Assembly (NCBI RefSeq): GCF_000017305.1
Contig: NC_009664.2
Location: 510,001-542,000 of the forward strand
Source: Kineococcus radiotolerans SRS30216 = ATCC BAA-149
Lineage (GTDB): Bacteria > Actinomycetota > Actinomycetes > Actinomycetales > Kineococcaceae
DNA length: 32,000 nt
Direction of reading: 5' to 3'
Position numbers and translations under genes: made by a program
The notes under the pieces: model-generated
Told to the model about the DNA's origin: nothing
What the model saw: the letters and a program-made list of their open reading frames with translations, nothing else
Database searches by the model: none
In this document: positions 15,303-23,024 of the stretch, one piece after another
Numbering within the stretch: position 1 is the stretch's first letter
How the letters are laid out: each line of letters starts with the position of its first letter

Positions 15303-16027
15303 CGGTCTCCTCCACGGCGTTGCCTGATCTGGGTCTGCATGACGTAGCGGCGCAGGCGGTCCGCGGCCGGGACCGGTTCGGTGAAGGCCACGACGACCTC
15401 CAGCAGCGCCGGGTCGAGGGAGTCCAGCGAGCGCACGACCTGCCCGACCTGGTCCACGGGGGACCCCTCGAGGTCGAAGGACGTGCGCACCAGCCGGCCC
15501 AGCCGCAGCCAGGTGCCCACCGGCACGCTCAGCGCCGACCCGCCCTCGCTGAGGTCGACGAGGTGGGCGGTGACGACCGGTTCGGCCGCGGCGTCGACGG
15601 GGTCGACCTCGCGCTGCATGGGGTCACCGGGCACCGGGGACAGCCGGGCCGTCCCGGTGGCCGGCACCCGCGCGTAGCGGCGGCGCTGCTCGACGACGAC
15701 CTCGCCGCAGGGGGCGAGGTCCCACGCCGCCACCCGGCGGCGCACGACCTCGGCGATCAGGAAGTCCTGCTTGCTGCGGCCGCGCGTGCCGGCCCAGGCC
15801 ACGGTGACGGGGAGGCCGGGGGCCACCACGTGCAGGTCCCCGCGGAAGCCGGGGGCGGCCACCACCAGGCTGGCCTCGCCGGTGTCCTCGACCCGCGTGG
15901 GCAGCCGGATCAGCTCACCCCCCAGGGTGTCGGGCATCTGCAGCTCGACCCAGACCCGGTCGTTGAGACCGGGCCACTGCGCGGCGGCGCGGGTCAGCTG
16001 GGCCCCGGGGGCGGCGCGTCGGGCCAT
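15299..16027 (-). CDS. YcgR/MotI-like PilZ-domain c-di-GMP receptor (flagellar brake candidate)
   Basis: ATG 16027 lies within ORF 15299..16309 and is preceded by GAGGACGAGG. Length is 242 aa. PilZ motifs are RxxxR (EQRRRYARV) and DxSxxG (VDLSEGGSAL), with an N-terminal PilZN-like half. It starts 31 nt after the flhF-like stop. Confidence 0.8.
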   Translation of the reverse strand: MARRAAPGAQLTRAAAQWPGLNDRVWVELQMPDTLGGELIRLPTRVEDTGEASLVVAAPGFRGDLHVVAPGLPVTVAWAGTRGRSKQDFLIAEVVRRRVAAWDLAPCGEVVVEQRRRYARVPATGTARLSPVPGDPMQREVDPVDAAAEPVVTAHLVDLSEGGSALSVPVGTWLRLGRLVRTSFDLEGSPVDQVGQVVRSLDSLDPALLEVVVAFTEPVPAADRLRRYVMQTQIRQRRGGDR

Positions 16028-16058
16028 GACGGCCTCGTCCTCGTGTTCCGGGGACCGC

Positions 16059-18512
16059 TCAGCGCGCGCCGTGGTCGCCGGCGGCGTCCAGCAGCAGCCC
16101 GGCCCAGGCGCCGGAGGTGGCGGGGCGCCCGTCGAGGAAGCCGACCGGCACGTCCAGGGAGAGGACGTCCAGGGGGTCGGGGCTCTCGGCGGCGCGGTGC
16201 ACGGCGAGGCGGCGCGCGGGGAGGCCGACGGCCTCCAGGGCGCGCAGCAGGCTGGCGACGGCGTGGCTGCGGCGGGTGGCGTCGACGCAGACGACGACGG
16301 AGGCGGCACCGATCTCGGCGGCCATGCGGGCGGCGCGCTCGGCGTCGGCCCCGGTGGGGCGGGCCGGGACGGCGACGGTCAGCGGGGCGCTCCAGCGGCG
16401 GGCCTGGTCCTGGCGGGCGGGCAGCTCGTCGGCGGTGACGGTGTTCTGGACGTCGGCGCGACCCAGCACCACGGGGGCCTCGGAGCCGACCTCGTCGGCG
16501 ACGAGCAGCGCGGCGGAGACGACGGCGTCGGCCTCGCCGATGACGACGACGAGCTCGCCGGCGCCCACGCGCAGCGGCGCGGGGACCTCGATGTCGCGGG
16601 CCAGGCGCAGCACGTCGCCGGTGTCCTGCGGCTCGCGGTAGACCGGGCGCTGCACCGCACGCTCGCTGTAGGTGGACATCGGTTCACGGTAAGTCAGATC
16701 CATGCTCATCGCCTCGTTCTCGTCCCCGTCACGTGCACTGGTGGTCTGGTAGCCGTTCACGGCCGTGTACTCGCGGGCGACGCGCTCGTCCTGACGCGGT
16801 GCGCGCTCGTCCTGCTCGGGGGCGTAGTGGCCCGCGAGGTCCTGCTGGTAGGCCGCCTCGAAGTCCTGGCCGGGCTGCTCGTGCTCCCCGGCCCACTCCG
16901 CGCGGCGCTCCTCGATCCCGCGCTCGGCGAAGCGGTCGCCGAACTGGTCACCGAACTGGTCGGCGAACTGGTCCGCCACGGCCGCCGGGCGGCGGAGCTC
17001 CGGGCGGCGGACGGGCCCGCGGGCCTCGAACTGGTCGGCTCGGCGCCCCGGGGAAGCGTTGGGGGCGACGCCGTTGGCCGCACCGAACTGGTCAGACACG
17101 CGATCCTCCGAGCTGCGAACGGTCCGGGTCGAGGCTTCGACCACGGGGCGACCCGGACGGGGACGAGCGGGCCGCGCAGGCTGCTTCGTCACCGAGCGTA
17201 CATCAGCCGTTACTCCAGTCGCAGAAGTTCGCGTGGGCCGGACCGCCTCGCCCCCCGTGCTCGCGGAGGAGCGCATCGAGGCCAGGGTCTGGGCGAAGGA
17301 GTCGCTCTCCGTGGAGATCGGGCGGTGCGGGCGCAGCGGGGCCTGCTCGCGGCGCGGGGCGGCCTGGGCCGGGACCGGGGCCTGCGAGCGCCCGGCGGTG
17401 AACATGGCCTCGAGGCGGTTGGTGCCCTCGGCGGCGTCGGCGGCGGCGAGGACCTCGCCCAGCGACCGGGTGGCCGGCGCGGTGCGGGCCACCCGCTCGG
17501 CCTGGCGGCGGCGGACGTCGGCCCGGGCCTCCTCGCGGCGCAGCTCCTGCTCGCGGGCGGCCTCCCGGCGGGACACCTCCTGCGCGTGCTGGCGCTCGAT
17601 CTGCTGCTGCCTCATCCGCTCCTCTTCCCGGGCTCGACGGTCGGCTTCCTGCTGCGCGGCCAGGCGCTCCTGCTCGGCGCGCTGCTGCTCGGCGCGCTGC
17701 TGCTCGGCGCGCTGCTGCTCGGCGCGCTGCTGCTCGGCCCGCTCCTGCTCGATGCGCTGCTGCTCGATGCGCTGCTGCGCAGCGCGCTCGGCACGTTCCT
17801 GCTCGGCGCGCTCGGCCTCGGCGCGCTCGATGCGCTCGATCTCGGCCCGCTCGGCCTCGGCCCGCTCGGCGTCGGCGCGCTCCTGCTCGAAGCGCTCCTG
17901 CTCGGCGCGCTCGGCCTGGCGGCGAGCCTGCTCGAGGAGCTGGGCCTCGAAGCCCGCGGCCTGCGCGCCGGCCTCGACCTCGCGGTCGTGCTCGACGTCG
18001 CCACCGGTCTCGACCGGGGTGCTGTCACCCGTTTGCGCGATCACGCCGTGGTCCTCGGCACCTGCGGGGAGAACCTTGAACGCGGCCGGCGCGGTGAGCT
18101 CGGGGGCGTCGGCGCCGGAGGCGCGCAGCACCTCCAGCAGACCCTGGCGGGCGGCCTCGAAGTCCTCCGCGGGCTGGGCCTGGGCGGGCGCCGGGACGGG
18201 CTCGGGGAGGGACTCCGCGGCGGACTCCGCGGCGTCGGCGGCGGCGAGGAGGGCCTCGAAGTCGAGGGCCTCGCGCTCCTCGCCCTCCACCGGGCCGGGG
18301 CCGGCCTGCGCACCCGCGGCGGGGTCCTCGGAACCGGTCTCGCTGTCCATCTCGACGGTCACCTCGTAGCGCTCCTTGGAGAAGAACCCGGCGACACCAC
18401 CGGAACGGATGCGTTCGGCGCGGATCACGCGGGCGGTCTCGCCGTGGGTCTCACGGACCTGCGTCAGCAGTTCCTGCAAGTCAGAACCTTCAAGAAGCAA
18501 GTGCATGGACAC
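16059..18512 (-). CDS. flhF: FlhF-like protein, 817 aa, with FlhF-type N-terminal domain, about 500-aa low-complexity/coiled-coil insert and degenerate (P-loop-less) NG-like C-terminus
   Basis: ORF 16059..18512. The N-terminus MSMHLLLEGSDLQELLTQVRETHGETARVIRAERIRSGGVAGFFSKERYEVTVEMD matches the FlhF B-domain pattern. The position after flhA is the conserved one. The C-terminal ~200 aa has the SRP-GTPase-like strand/helix rhythm (ELVVVIGEADAVVSAALLVA ... VVVCVDATRRS), but there is no GK[ST] anywhere and only 3 Lys in the whole protein. Confidence 0.7.
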   Translation of the reverse strand: MSMHLLLEGSDLQELLTQVRETHGETARVIRAERIRSGGVAGFFSKERYEVTVEMDSETGSEDPAAGAQAGPGPVEGEEREALDFEALLAAADAAESAAESLPEPVPAPAQAQPAEDFEAARQGLLEVLRASGADAPELTAPAAFKVLPAGAEDHGVIAQTGDSTPVETGGDVEHDREVEAGAQAAGFEAQLLEQARRQAERAEQERFEQERADAERAEAERAEIERIERAEAERAEQERAERAAQQRIEQQRIEQERAEQQRAEQQRAEQQRAEQQRAEQERLAAQQEADRRAREEERMRQQQIERQHAQEVSRREAAREQELRREEARADVRRRQAERVARTAPATRSLGEVLAAADAAEGTNRLEAMFTAGRSQAPVPAQAAPRREQAPLRPHRPISTESDSFAQTLASMRSSASTGGEAVRPTRTSATGVTADVRSVTKQPARPARPRPGRPVVEASTRTVRSSEDRVSDQFGAANGVAPNASPGRRADQFEARGPVRRPELRRPAAVADQFADQFGDQFGDRFAERGIEERRAEWAGEHEQPGQDFEAAYQQDLAGHYAPEQDERAPRQDERVAREYTAVNGYQTTSARDGDENEAMSMDLTYREPMSTYSERAVQRPVYREPQDTGDVLRLARDIEVPAPLRVGAGELVVVIGEADAVVSAALLVADEVGSEAPVVLGRADVQNTVTADELPARQDQARRWSAPLTVAVPARPTGADAERAARMAAEIGAASVVVCVDATRRSHAVASLLRALEAVGLPARRLAVHRAAESPDPLDVLSLDVPVGFLDGRPATSGAWAGLLLDAAGDHGAR
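17664..17783. repeat. about 8 tandem 15-bp units (GCGCTGCTGCTCGGC and variants) inside flhF-like, encoding (AEQQR)n / (IEQQR)n
   Basis: Four perfect units lie at 17679-17738, flanked by degenerate units. A second coding repeat of 12-bp period (GAACTGGTCNCC) at 16929-16976 encodes ADQFADQFGDQFGDRF. Confidence 0.85.
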
Positions 18513-20598
18513 CGCTCACCGATCCAACCGTCTCGATCCGGGGGTGGTTGCTCACGTCGTCGTAGGAGAGGACGTGCAGGCGGCCCACCGCCACCTTCAG
18601 CAGGCGGCGCAGGGGGGCTCGCAGAGGGGGCGCGCACACGAGGACTGCACTGATGCCGTGCTGTTCGGCACGTTCCAGGCAGGAACTTGAGCCGGTCACC
18701 AGGTGCTCGGCCGTCGCGGCGTCCAGGGCGAGGCTCGCGCCGTGCTCCCCGGGGCGCAGGGACTCCGCCAGCTGCTGCTCCAGGACCGGGTCCAGGGTGA
18801 TGACGTGCAGCGTGCCGTCCTGCTCGTGGACGGCCGCGACGGCCGGGCCGAGCGAGCGGCGGGCCGCCTCGACGAGGCCGTCGAGGTCGGAGCCGGCCTT
18901 CGCCTTGAGCGAGAGGGCCTCGAAGATGCGGGCGAGGTCGCGGATGGGGACGGCCTCGTCGAGCATCGCCTGCAGGACGCGCTGGACCTCGCCCAGCGTG
19001 AGCACCGCGGGGGTGAGCTCGTCGACGACGGCGGGGTGGGTCCGCTTGAGGGCCTCGACCAGGGAGCGGACGTCCTCGCGGGAGAGCAGGCGCGGAGCGT
19101 GGGTGCGGACCAGTTCTCCGAGGTGGGTGATGAGGACGCTGGCGCGGTCCACGACGGTGGCGCCGGTGAGCTGGGCCTGGTGGCGCAGCTCGGCGGGGAT
19201 CCACTTGCCGGCCAGGCCGAACACCGGCTCCACGGTGGCGCGCCCGGGCAGGCCGTCGAGGTTGTCGCCCAGGGCCAGGACCTGCCCGGGCGGGGCGGTG
19301 CCGCGGGCGACCTCGACGCCGGAGATGCGCACCGCGTAGGTGGACATCGGCAGGTCGAGGGAGTCGCGGGTGCGCACCGGGGGCACGACGAGACCCAGCT
19401 CGAGGGCGATCTTGCGGCGCAGGGCGCGCACGCGCTCCAGCAGGTCGCCACCGCCGGAGGTGTCGACGAGGTCGACGAGGTCGGGGGCCAGGACCACCTC
19501 GAGGGGGTCCACCCGCATCTCCTCCAGGAGGTTCTCGGCGGCCTCATTGGGGTTGACCGGGGCGGGGGTCAGCTCGGCCAGCGCCGCGGCGCGCTCGTCC
19601 TGCTGGTCGCGCTTGGCGATGCGGGTGGAGGCGAAGAACGCCAGCCCACCGACGAACAGGAAGGGCAGCTTGGGCATGCTGGGGATGAGCGCGAGCACGA
19701 CCATGGCCCCGCCGGCGATCTGGAAGGCCATCTTCTGCTGGGTGAACTGCTTGATGGCCTCGGTGCCCATGTCCCCGGTGGAGGTGGAGCGGGTCACGAT
19801 GAGGCCGGTGGCCACGCTCAGCAGCAGGGCGGGGACCTGGGTGACGAGCCCGTCGCCGATGCTCAGCAGGGCGTACTTGTTGATGGACTCCGCGGGGCTC
19901 AGACCGTGCTGGACCATCCCGATGGCGAACCCGCCGATGAGGTTGATCAGCATGATGATGATGCCGGCGATGGCGTCGCCCTTGACGAACTTCGAGCCAC
20001 CGTCCATGGCGCCGTAGAAGTCGGCCTCGGCGCTGACGTCGGCGCGGCGCTGACGGGCGGTGGCCTCGTCGATGAGCCCGGCGTTGAGGTCGGCGTCGAT
20101 GGCCATCTGCTTGCCGGGCATGGCGTCGAGGGTGAAGCGGGCCCCGACCTCGGCCACGCGCTCGGCGCCCTTGGTGATGACGACGAACTGGATGACGACC
20201 AGGATCAGGAAGACCACGAGGCCGATGACCAGCGAGCCGGAGATGACGAAGTGGCCGAAGGCCTCGATGACCTTGCCCGCGAAGCCGTCACCGAGGACCA
20301 GCCGCGTCGAGGCCACGTTGAGGCCGAGGCGGAAGAGGGTGAGGACGAGGATCAGCGAGGGGAAGACGGAGAAGTCCAGCACCCGCTTGACGAACATCGT
20401 CACCAGCAGCGCCATCAGCGACAGCGTGATGTTGACGGCGATGAGGAAGTCCAGCACCGTCGCCGGCAGCGGCACGATGAGCAGCAGGATGATGCCGACG
20501 ACTCCCGCCGGGACCACCATCTGCGAGATGTTGGGGATTCGCACCGCACCGCCTGTTGTTCGCGGGAGCCCTCGCGGGTCCCTCGTCCAGCGGCCCAT
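18490..20598 (-). CDS. flhA: flagellar type III export gate protein FlhA
   Basis: ORF 18490..20598. The N-terminal TM region contains LLLIVPLPATVLDFLIAVNITLSL and the FHIPEP-type block AERVAEVGARFTLDAMPGKQMAIDADLNAG. A large cytoplasmic C-domain follows. The 3' end overlaps the flhF-like start by about 20 nt. Confidence 0.95.
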   Translation of the reverse strand: MGRWTRDPRGLPRTTGGAVRIPNISQMVVPAGVVGIILLLIVPLPATVLDFLIAVNITLSLMALLVTMFVKRVLDFSVFPSLILVLTLFRLGLNVASTRLVLGDGFAGKVIEAFGHFVISGSLVIGLVVFLILVVIQFVVITKGAERVAEVGARFTLDAMPGKQMAIDADLNAGLIDEATARQRRADVSAEADFYGAMDGGSKFVKGDAIAGIIIMLINLIGGFAIGMVQHGLSPAESINKYALLSIGDGLVTQVPALLLSVATGLIVTRSTSTGDMGTEAIKQFTQQKMAFQIAGGAMVVLALIPSMPKLPFLFVGGLAFFASTRIAKRDQQDERAAALAELTPAPVNPNEAAENLLEEMRVDPLEVVLAPDLVDLVDTSGGGDLLERVRALRRKIALELGLVVPPVRTRDSLDLPMSTYAVRISGVEVARGTAPPGQVLALGDNLDGLPGRATVEPVFGLAGKWIPAELRHQAQLTGATVVDRASVLITHLGELVRTHAPRLLSREDVRSLVEALKRTHPAVVDELTPAVLTLGEVQRVLQAMLDEAVPIRDLARIFEALSLKAKAGSDLDGLVEAARRSLGPAVAAVHEQDGTLHVITLDPVLEQQLAESLRPGEHGASLALDAATAEHLVTGSSSCLERAEQHGISAVLVCAPPLRAPLRRLLKVAVGRLHVLSYDDVSNHPRIETVGSVSGVHALAS

Positions 20599-20664
20599 CC
20601 GTGGCCCTGCTGTCAGCCTTCCTGGCTAGTGCCTCCTTCGGCACCGGCCCCCGTTCCCTTGAGC

Positions 20665-20705
20665 CACCCGTCCGGGCGCACCCGTCCGGACGTCACCGTC
20701 CGGAC
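20665..20705. repeat. three direct repeats CACC(C)GTCCGG at 14-15-nt spacing, the last two forming a 9-bp perfect hairpin, in the REC-flhA spacer
   Basis: Repeats are at 20665-20675, 20679-20689 and 20694-20703. The inverted repeat is GTCCGGACG (20684-20692) / CGTCCGGAC (20697-20705) with a 4-nt loop. It lies 15 nt after the receiver gene stop (minus strand). Confidence 0.45.
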
Positions 20706-20719
20706 GCCACCGCCGGCCG

Positions 20720-21106
20720 TCACCAGCCCGCCGTCTCCACGGCCGCGGCGAGGGCCCGCTCGATCGCCGCGCCGAGCGCGCTGACCACGAAGGGCTTGGT
20801 GAGGTAGATCGCCCCCAGCGCCTCCCCCGCGGCGATGTCCTCCGGGCGCACGCGCGCGGAGAGGAAGACCGCGGGCAGGTGGGCGTGCTCGGGCTGCTCC
20901 CGCAGGGTGCGCAGGACCTCCAGGCCGGTCATGCCCGGCATGGCCACGTCGAGGACGAGGACCTCGGGGGCCCCGCGCTCGGCGACGACGGTGAGCGCCT
21001 CGGGGCCGGAGGCGGCCGAGACGACGCGGTGGCCCAGCCCGCGCAGGCGCAGTTCGACGAGCTGGCGGATGTCGGGGTCGTCCTCGACGACGAGCACTCG
21101 GGCCAC
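20720..21106 (-). CDS. stand-alone CheY-like receiver domain response regulator (no output domain)
   Basis: ORF 20720..21106. GTG start is preceded by AGGAGG (6-nt spacer). Receiver signature residues: VVEDDPD, phospho-acceptor VLVLDVAMPGMTG, and conserved Lys in YLTKPF. Length is 128 aa. Confidence 0.9.
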   Translation of the reverse strand: MARVLVVEDDPDIRQLVELRLRGLGHRVVSAASGPEALTVVAERGAPEVLVLDVAMPGMTGLEVLRTLREQPEHAHLPAVFLSARVRPEDIAAGEALGAIYLTKPFVVSALGAAIERALAAAVETAGW

Positions 21107-21161
21107 GGGGTTCCTCCTGGGGTCGACGGACTGACGTCGGCCCCATCGGCGGCGGGCGGCG

Positions 21162-23024
21162 TCAGCTGAGGGAGGGCCCGGCGGAGGGGTGGGCGCCCGC
21201 GGGGCGCGCGGCGGGGAAGGTGCAGCGCAGGGTGGCGCCGCCGCCGGGGGTCTCCTCGGCGCGGATGCGCCCGCCGTGGCGCTCGACGATGCGCAGGCAG
21301 GTGGCCAGCCCGATCCCGTGGCCGGGGCGCGCCGCGGGGGTCCCCCCGGGGCGCTCCTCGCCCAGCGGGGCGACGGCGAACATGGCGAAGACCTGCTCGC
21401 GCTGGCCGGCGGGGATGCCGCGGCCGTTGTCGGCGACGAGCAGCTCCCACCCGCCCCCGGGCAGCGGGCGGGTGCTCACCCGGACCCGGCACGGGCGCAG
21501 CGGGGAGCGGTAGCGCACCGCGTTGCCGACGAGGTTCTGCAGCAGCTGCCGCAGCAGGACGGGGTCGGCGCGGGTCTCGACCTCGACCCCCGTCCCGGCG
21601 CACGCGCCGCCCGCGCCACCGCCCGTGCCGGTCGCGATCGGCTCGAAGGCGATGTCGGCGTCGTCGGCGGCCGGGCCCAGGTCCTCCACGACGTGGGCCA
21701 GGACGTCGGGCAGCAGGACCGGGCGCACGCTGAACCCGGTGGAGCCGGCGCGGGCGTGGTCGAGGACGGCCTCGATGAGGCCCTGCATGCGCAGCGCGGC
21801 GCGCACCGCGGTGGCCATCCACTCCCGCCCCTGCCCGCCGAGGGCCTCGCCGTGGACGTCGAGGACCAGTTCCAGGTAGCCCAGGACGGCGGTCAGCGGG
21901 GAGGCCAGGTCGTGGCTGGCCACGGCGGCGAGGTGGACGAGCTCCTCGTTGGAGCGGCGCAGCTCGGCCACCGCGGCGGCCAGTTCCCCGCCCTGGTGGC
22001 GCAGCTGCTCCCCCGCCTGCTCCAGGGCCGCGATGCGGGCCCGGTCGGCGGTGATGTCCTGCATCGCCACGACGGCGCCGAGGACGCGGCCCTCGTCGTC
22101 GTGCAGGGCGCGCCCGGTGACCAGGACCCGCACGGGGTCGCCGTCCCGGGGGGCGATGACCACCTCGGCGTCGCGGACGGAACCCTCCGCCAGCGCCCGC
22201 CGCAGCGGGACCCGGCCGGCCTCCAGCGGGGTGCGGCCGTCGGCGTCGTAGAGGACGTGGGTGGGCGCGGACCCGGCCGGGGGCGGGCCGGAGCCGGCGT
22301 CCATGCCGTGGAAGCGGCGGGCGGCGGGGTTGAAGGCGGTGAGCGCGCCGTCGGCGTCGCAGGCGACGACGCCCACCTCGAGGCTGTCCAGCAGCGCCTG
22401 GGTCAGCTCCTCGCGCGCCTGCAGCTCCCCGAGGGTGAGCTCGGCGAGCGCGCGCTGCTCCTCGACCTCGTCGAGCAGGCGCTGCTGCTCGCCGGTGCGG
22501 CGGTGGCGGCCCAGCAGGGCCGTCGCGACGCCGGCGAGGTCGCGCAGCCGCTCGAGCTGGTCCGCGCTCAGCTCGCGGGGGGCGACGTCGCCGACGCAGA
22601 GGCTGCCCAGGCGGTGGCCCTCGGCGGTGACCAGCGGGGCGGCGGCGTGGAAGACGACCTCGCCCAGCCGCCCGTCGACCCACGCGGAGGTGGCGTAGCG
22701 GGGGTCGCGGCGGGCGTCGGGGACGTGGACGACGCGGGGGTCGTCGAGGTCGCGCGCGCCCAGCGACTCCGCCCGCTCGCTCCCGCCCCGGGCGGCGCCG
22801 ACGGCGGCCACCCGGTGCTGCCGGGTGGCGTCGAGGAGGTCGAGGGTCGCGGTGGGGACCCCGACGAGGGCGGCGGCGACGCGCACGAGGGCGTCCAGCT
22901 CGGGGTCGGCGGCGGCGGCGGGCAGGTCGTGGGCGCGCAGGGCCGCGAGCCGGGCGGCCTCCGCGGGTGCGGCGGCCGCGCGCGGGTCCCGGGCGCGCGG
23001 GTCGACGACGGCGGGGCGGGTCAC
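21162..23024 (-). CDS. cytoplasmic sensor histidine kinase (GAF - coiled coil - PAS - HisKA - HATPase_c)
   Basis: GTG 23024 overlaps the upstream kinase stop (GTGA 23021-23024), in the frame of ORF 21162..24062. H-box is AAVASHDLASPLTAVLGYLEL. N-box is LLQNLVGNAVRY, G1 is VADNGRGIP and G2 is GHGIGLATC. No TM segment seen. Confidence 0.85.
   Translation of the reverse strand: MTRPAVVDPRARDPRAAAAPAEAARLAALRAHDLPAAAADPELDALVRVAAALVGVPTATLDLLDATRQHRVAAVGAARGGSERAESLGARDLDDPRVVHVPDARRDPRYATSAWVDGRLGEVVFHAAAPLVTAEGHRLGSLCVGDVAPRELSADQLERLRDLAGVATALLGRHRRTGEQQRLLDEVEEQRALAELTLGELQAREELTQALLDSLEVGVVACDADGALTAFNPAARRFHGMDAGSGPPPAGSAPTHVLYDADGRTPLEAGRVPLRRALAEGSVRDAEVVIAPRDGDPVRVLVTGRALHDDEGRVLGAVVAMQDITADRARIAALEQAGEQLRHQGGELAAAVAELRRSNEELVHLAAVASHDLASPLTAVLGYLELVLDVHGEALGGQGREWMATAVRAALRMQGLIEAVLDHARAGSTGFSVRPVLLPDVLAHVVEDLGPAADDADIAFEPIATGTGGGAGGACAGTGVEVETRADPVLLRQLLQNLVGNAVRYRSPLRPCRVRVSTRPLPGGGWELLVADNGRGIPAGQREQVFAMFAVAPLGEERPGGTPAARPGHGIGLATCLRIVERHGGRIRAEETPGGGATLRCTFPAARPAGAHPSAGPSLS

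Noticed and set aside
17600-17900. Regularly spaced short repeats, considered as a possible CRISPR array.
   Set aside because: The units are 15 bp and directly tandem with no spacers. They are in frame within a continuous ORF (pentapeptide repeats). No cas genes are nearby.
15771-18653. 960-aa plus-strand ORF antisense to the PilZ, flhF-like and flhA genes. Similar giants occur at 18703-20784 (+), 22967-26746 (+, 1259 aa), 6892-10131 (-, 1079 aa), 2495-4729 (-), 5183-7270 (-) and 3637-5022 (-).
   Set aside because: Their translations are Gly/Arg/Ala/Pro-rich low-complexity strings with no motifs. They lie antisense to genes with clear conserved motifs. Stop codons are rare at this GC content, so long spurious ORFs are expected.
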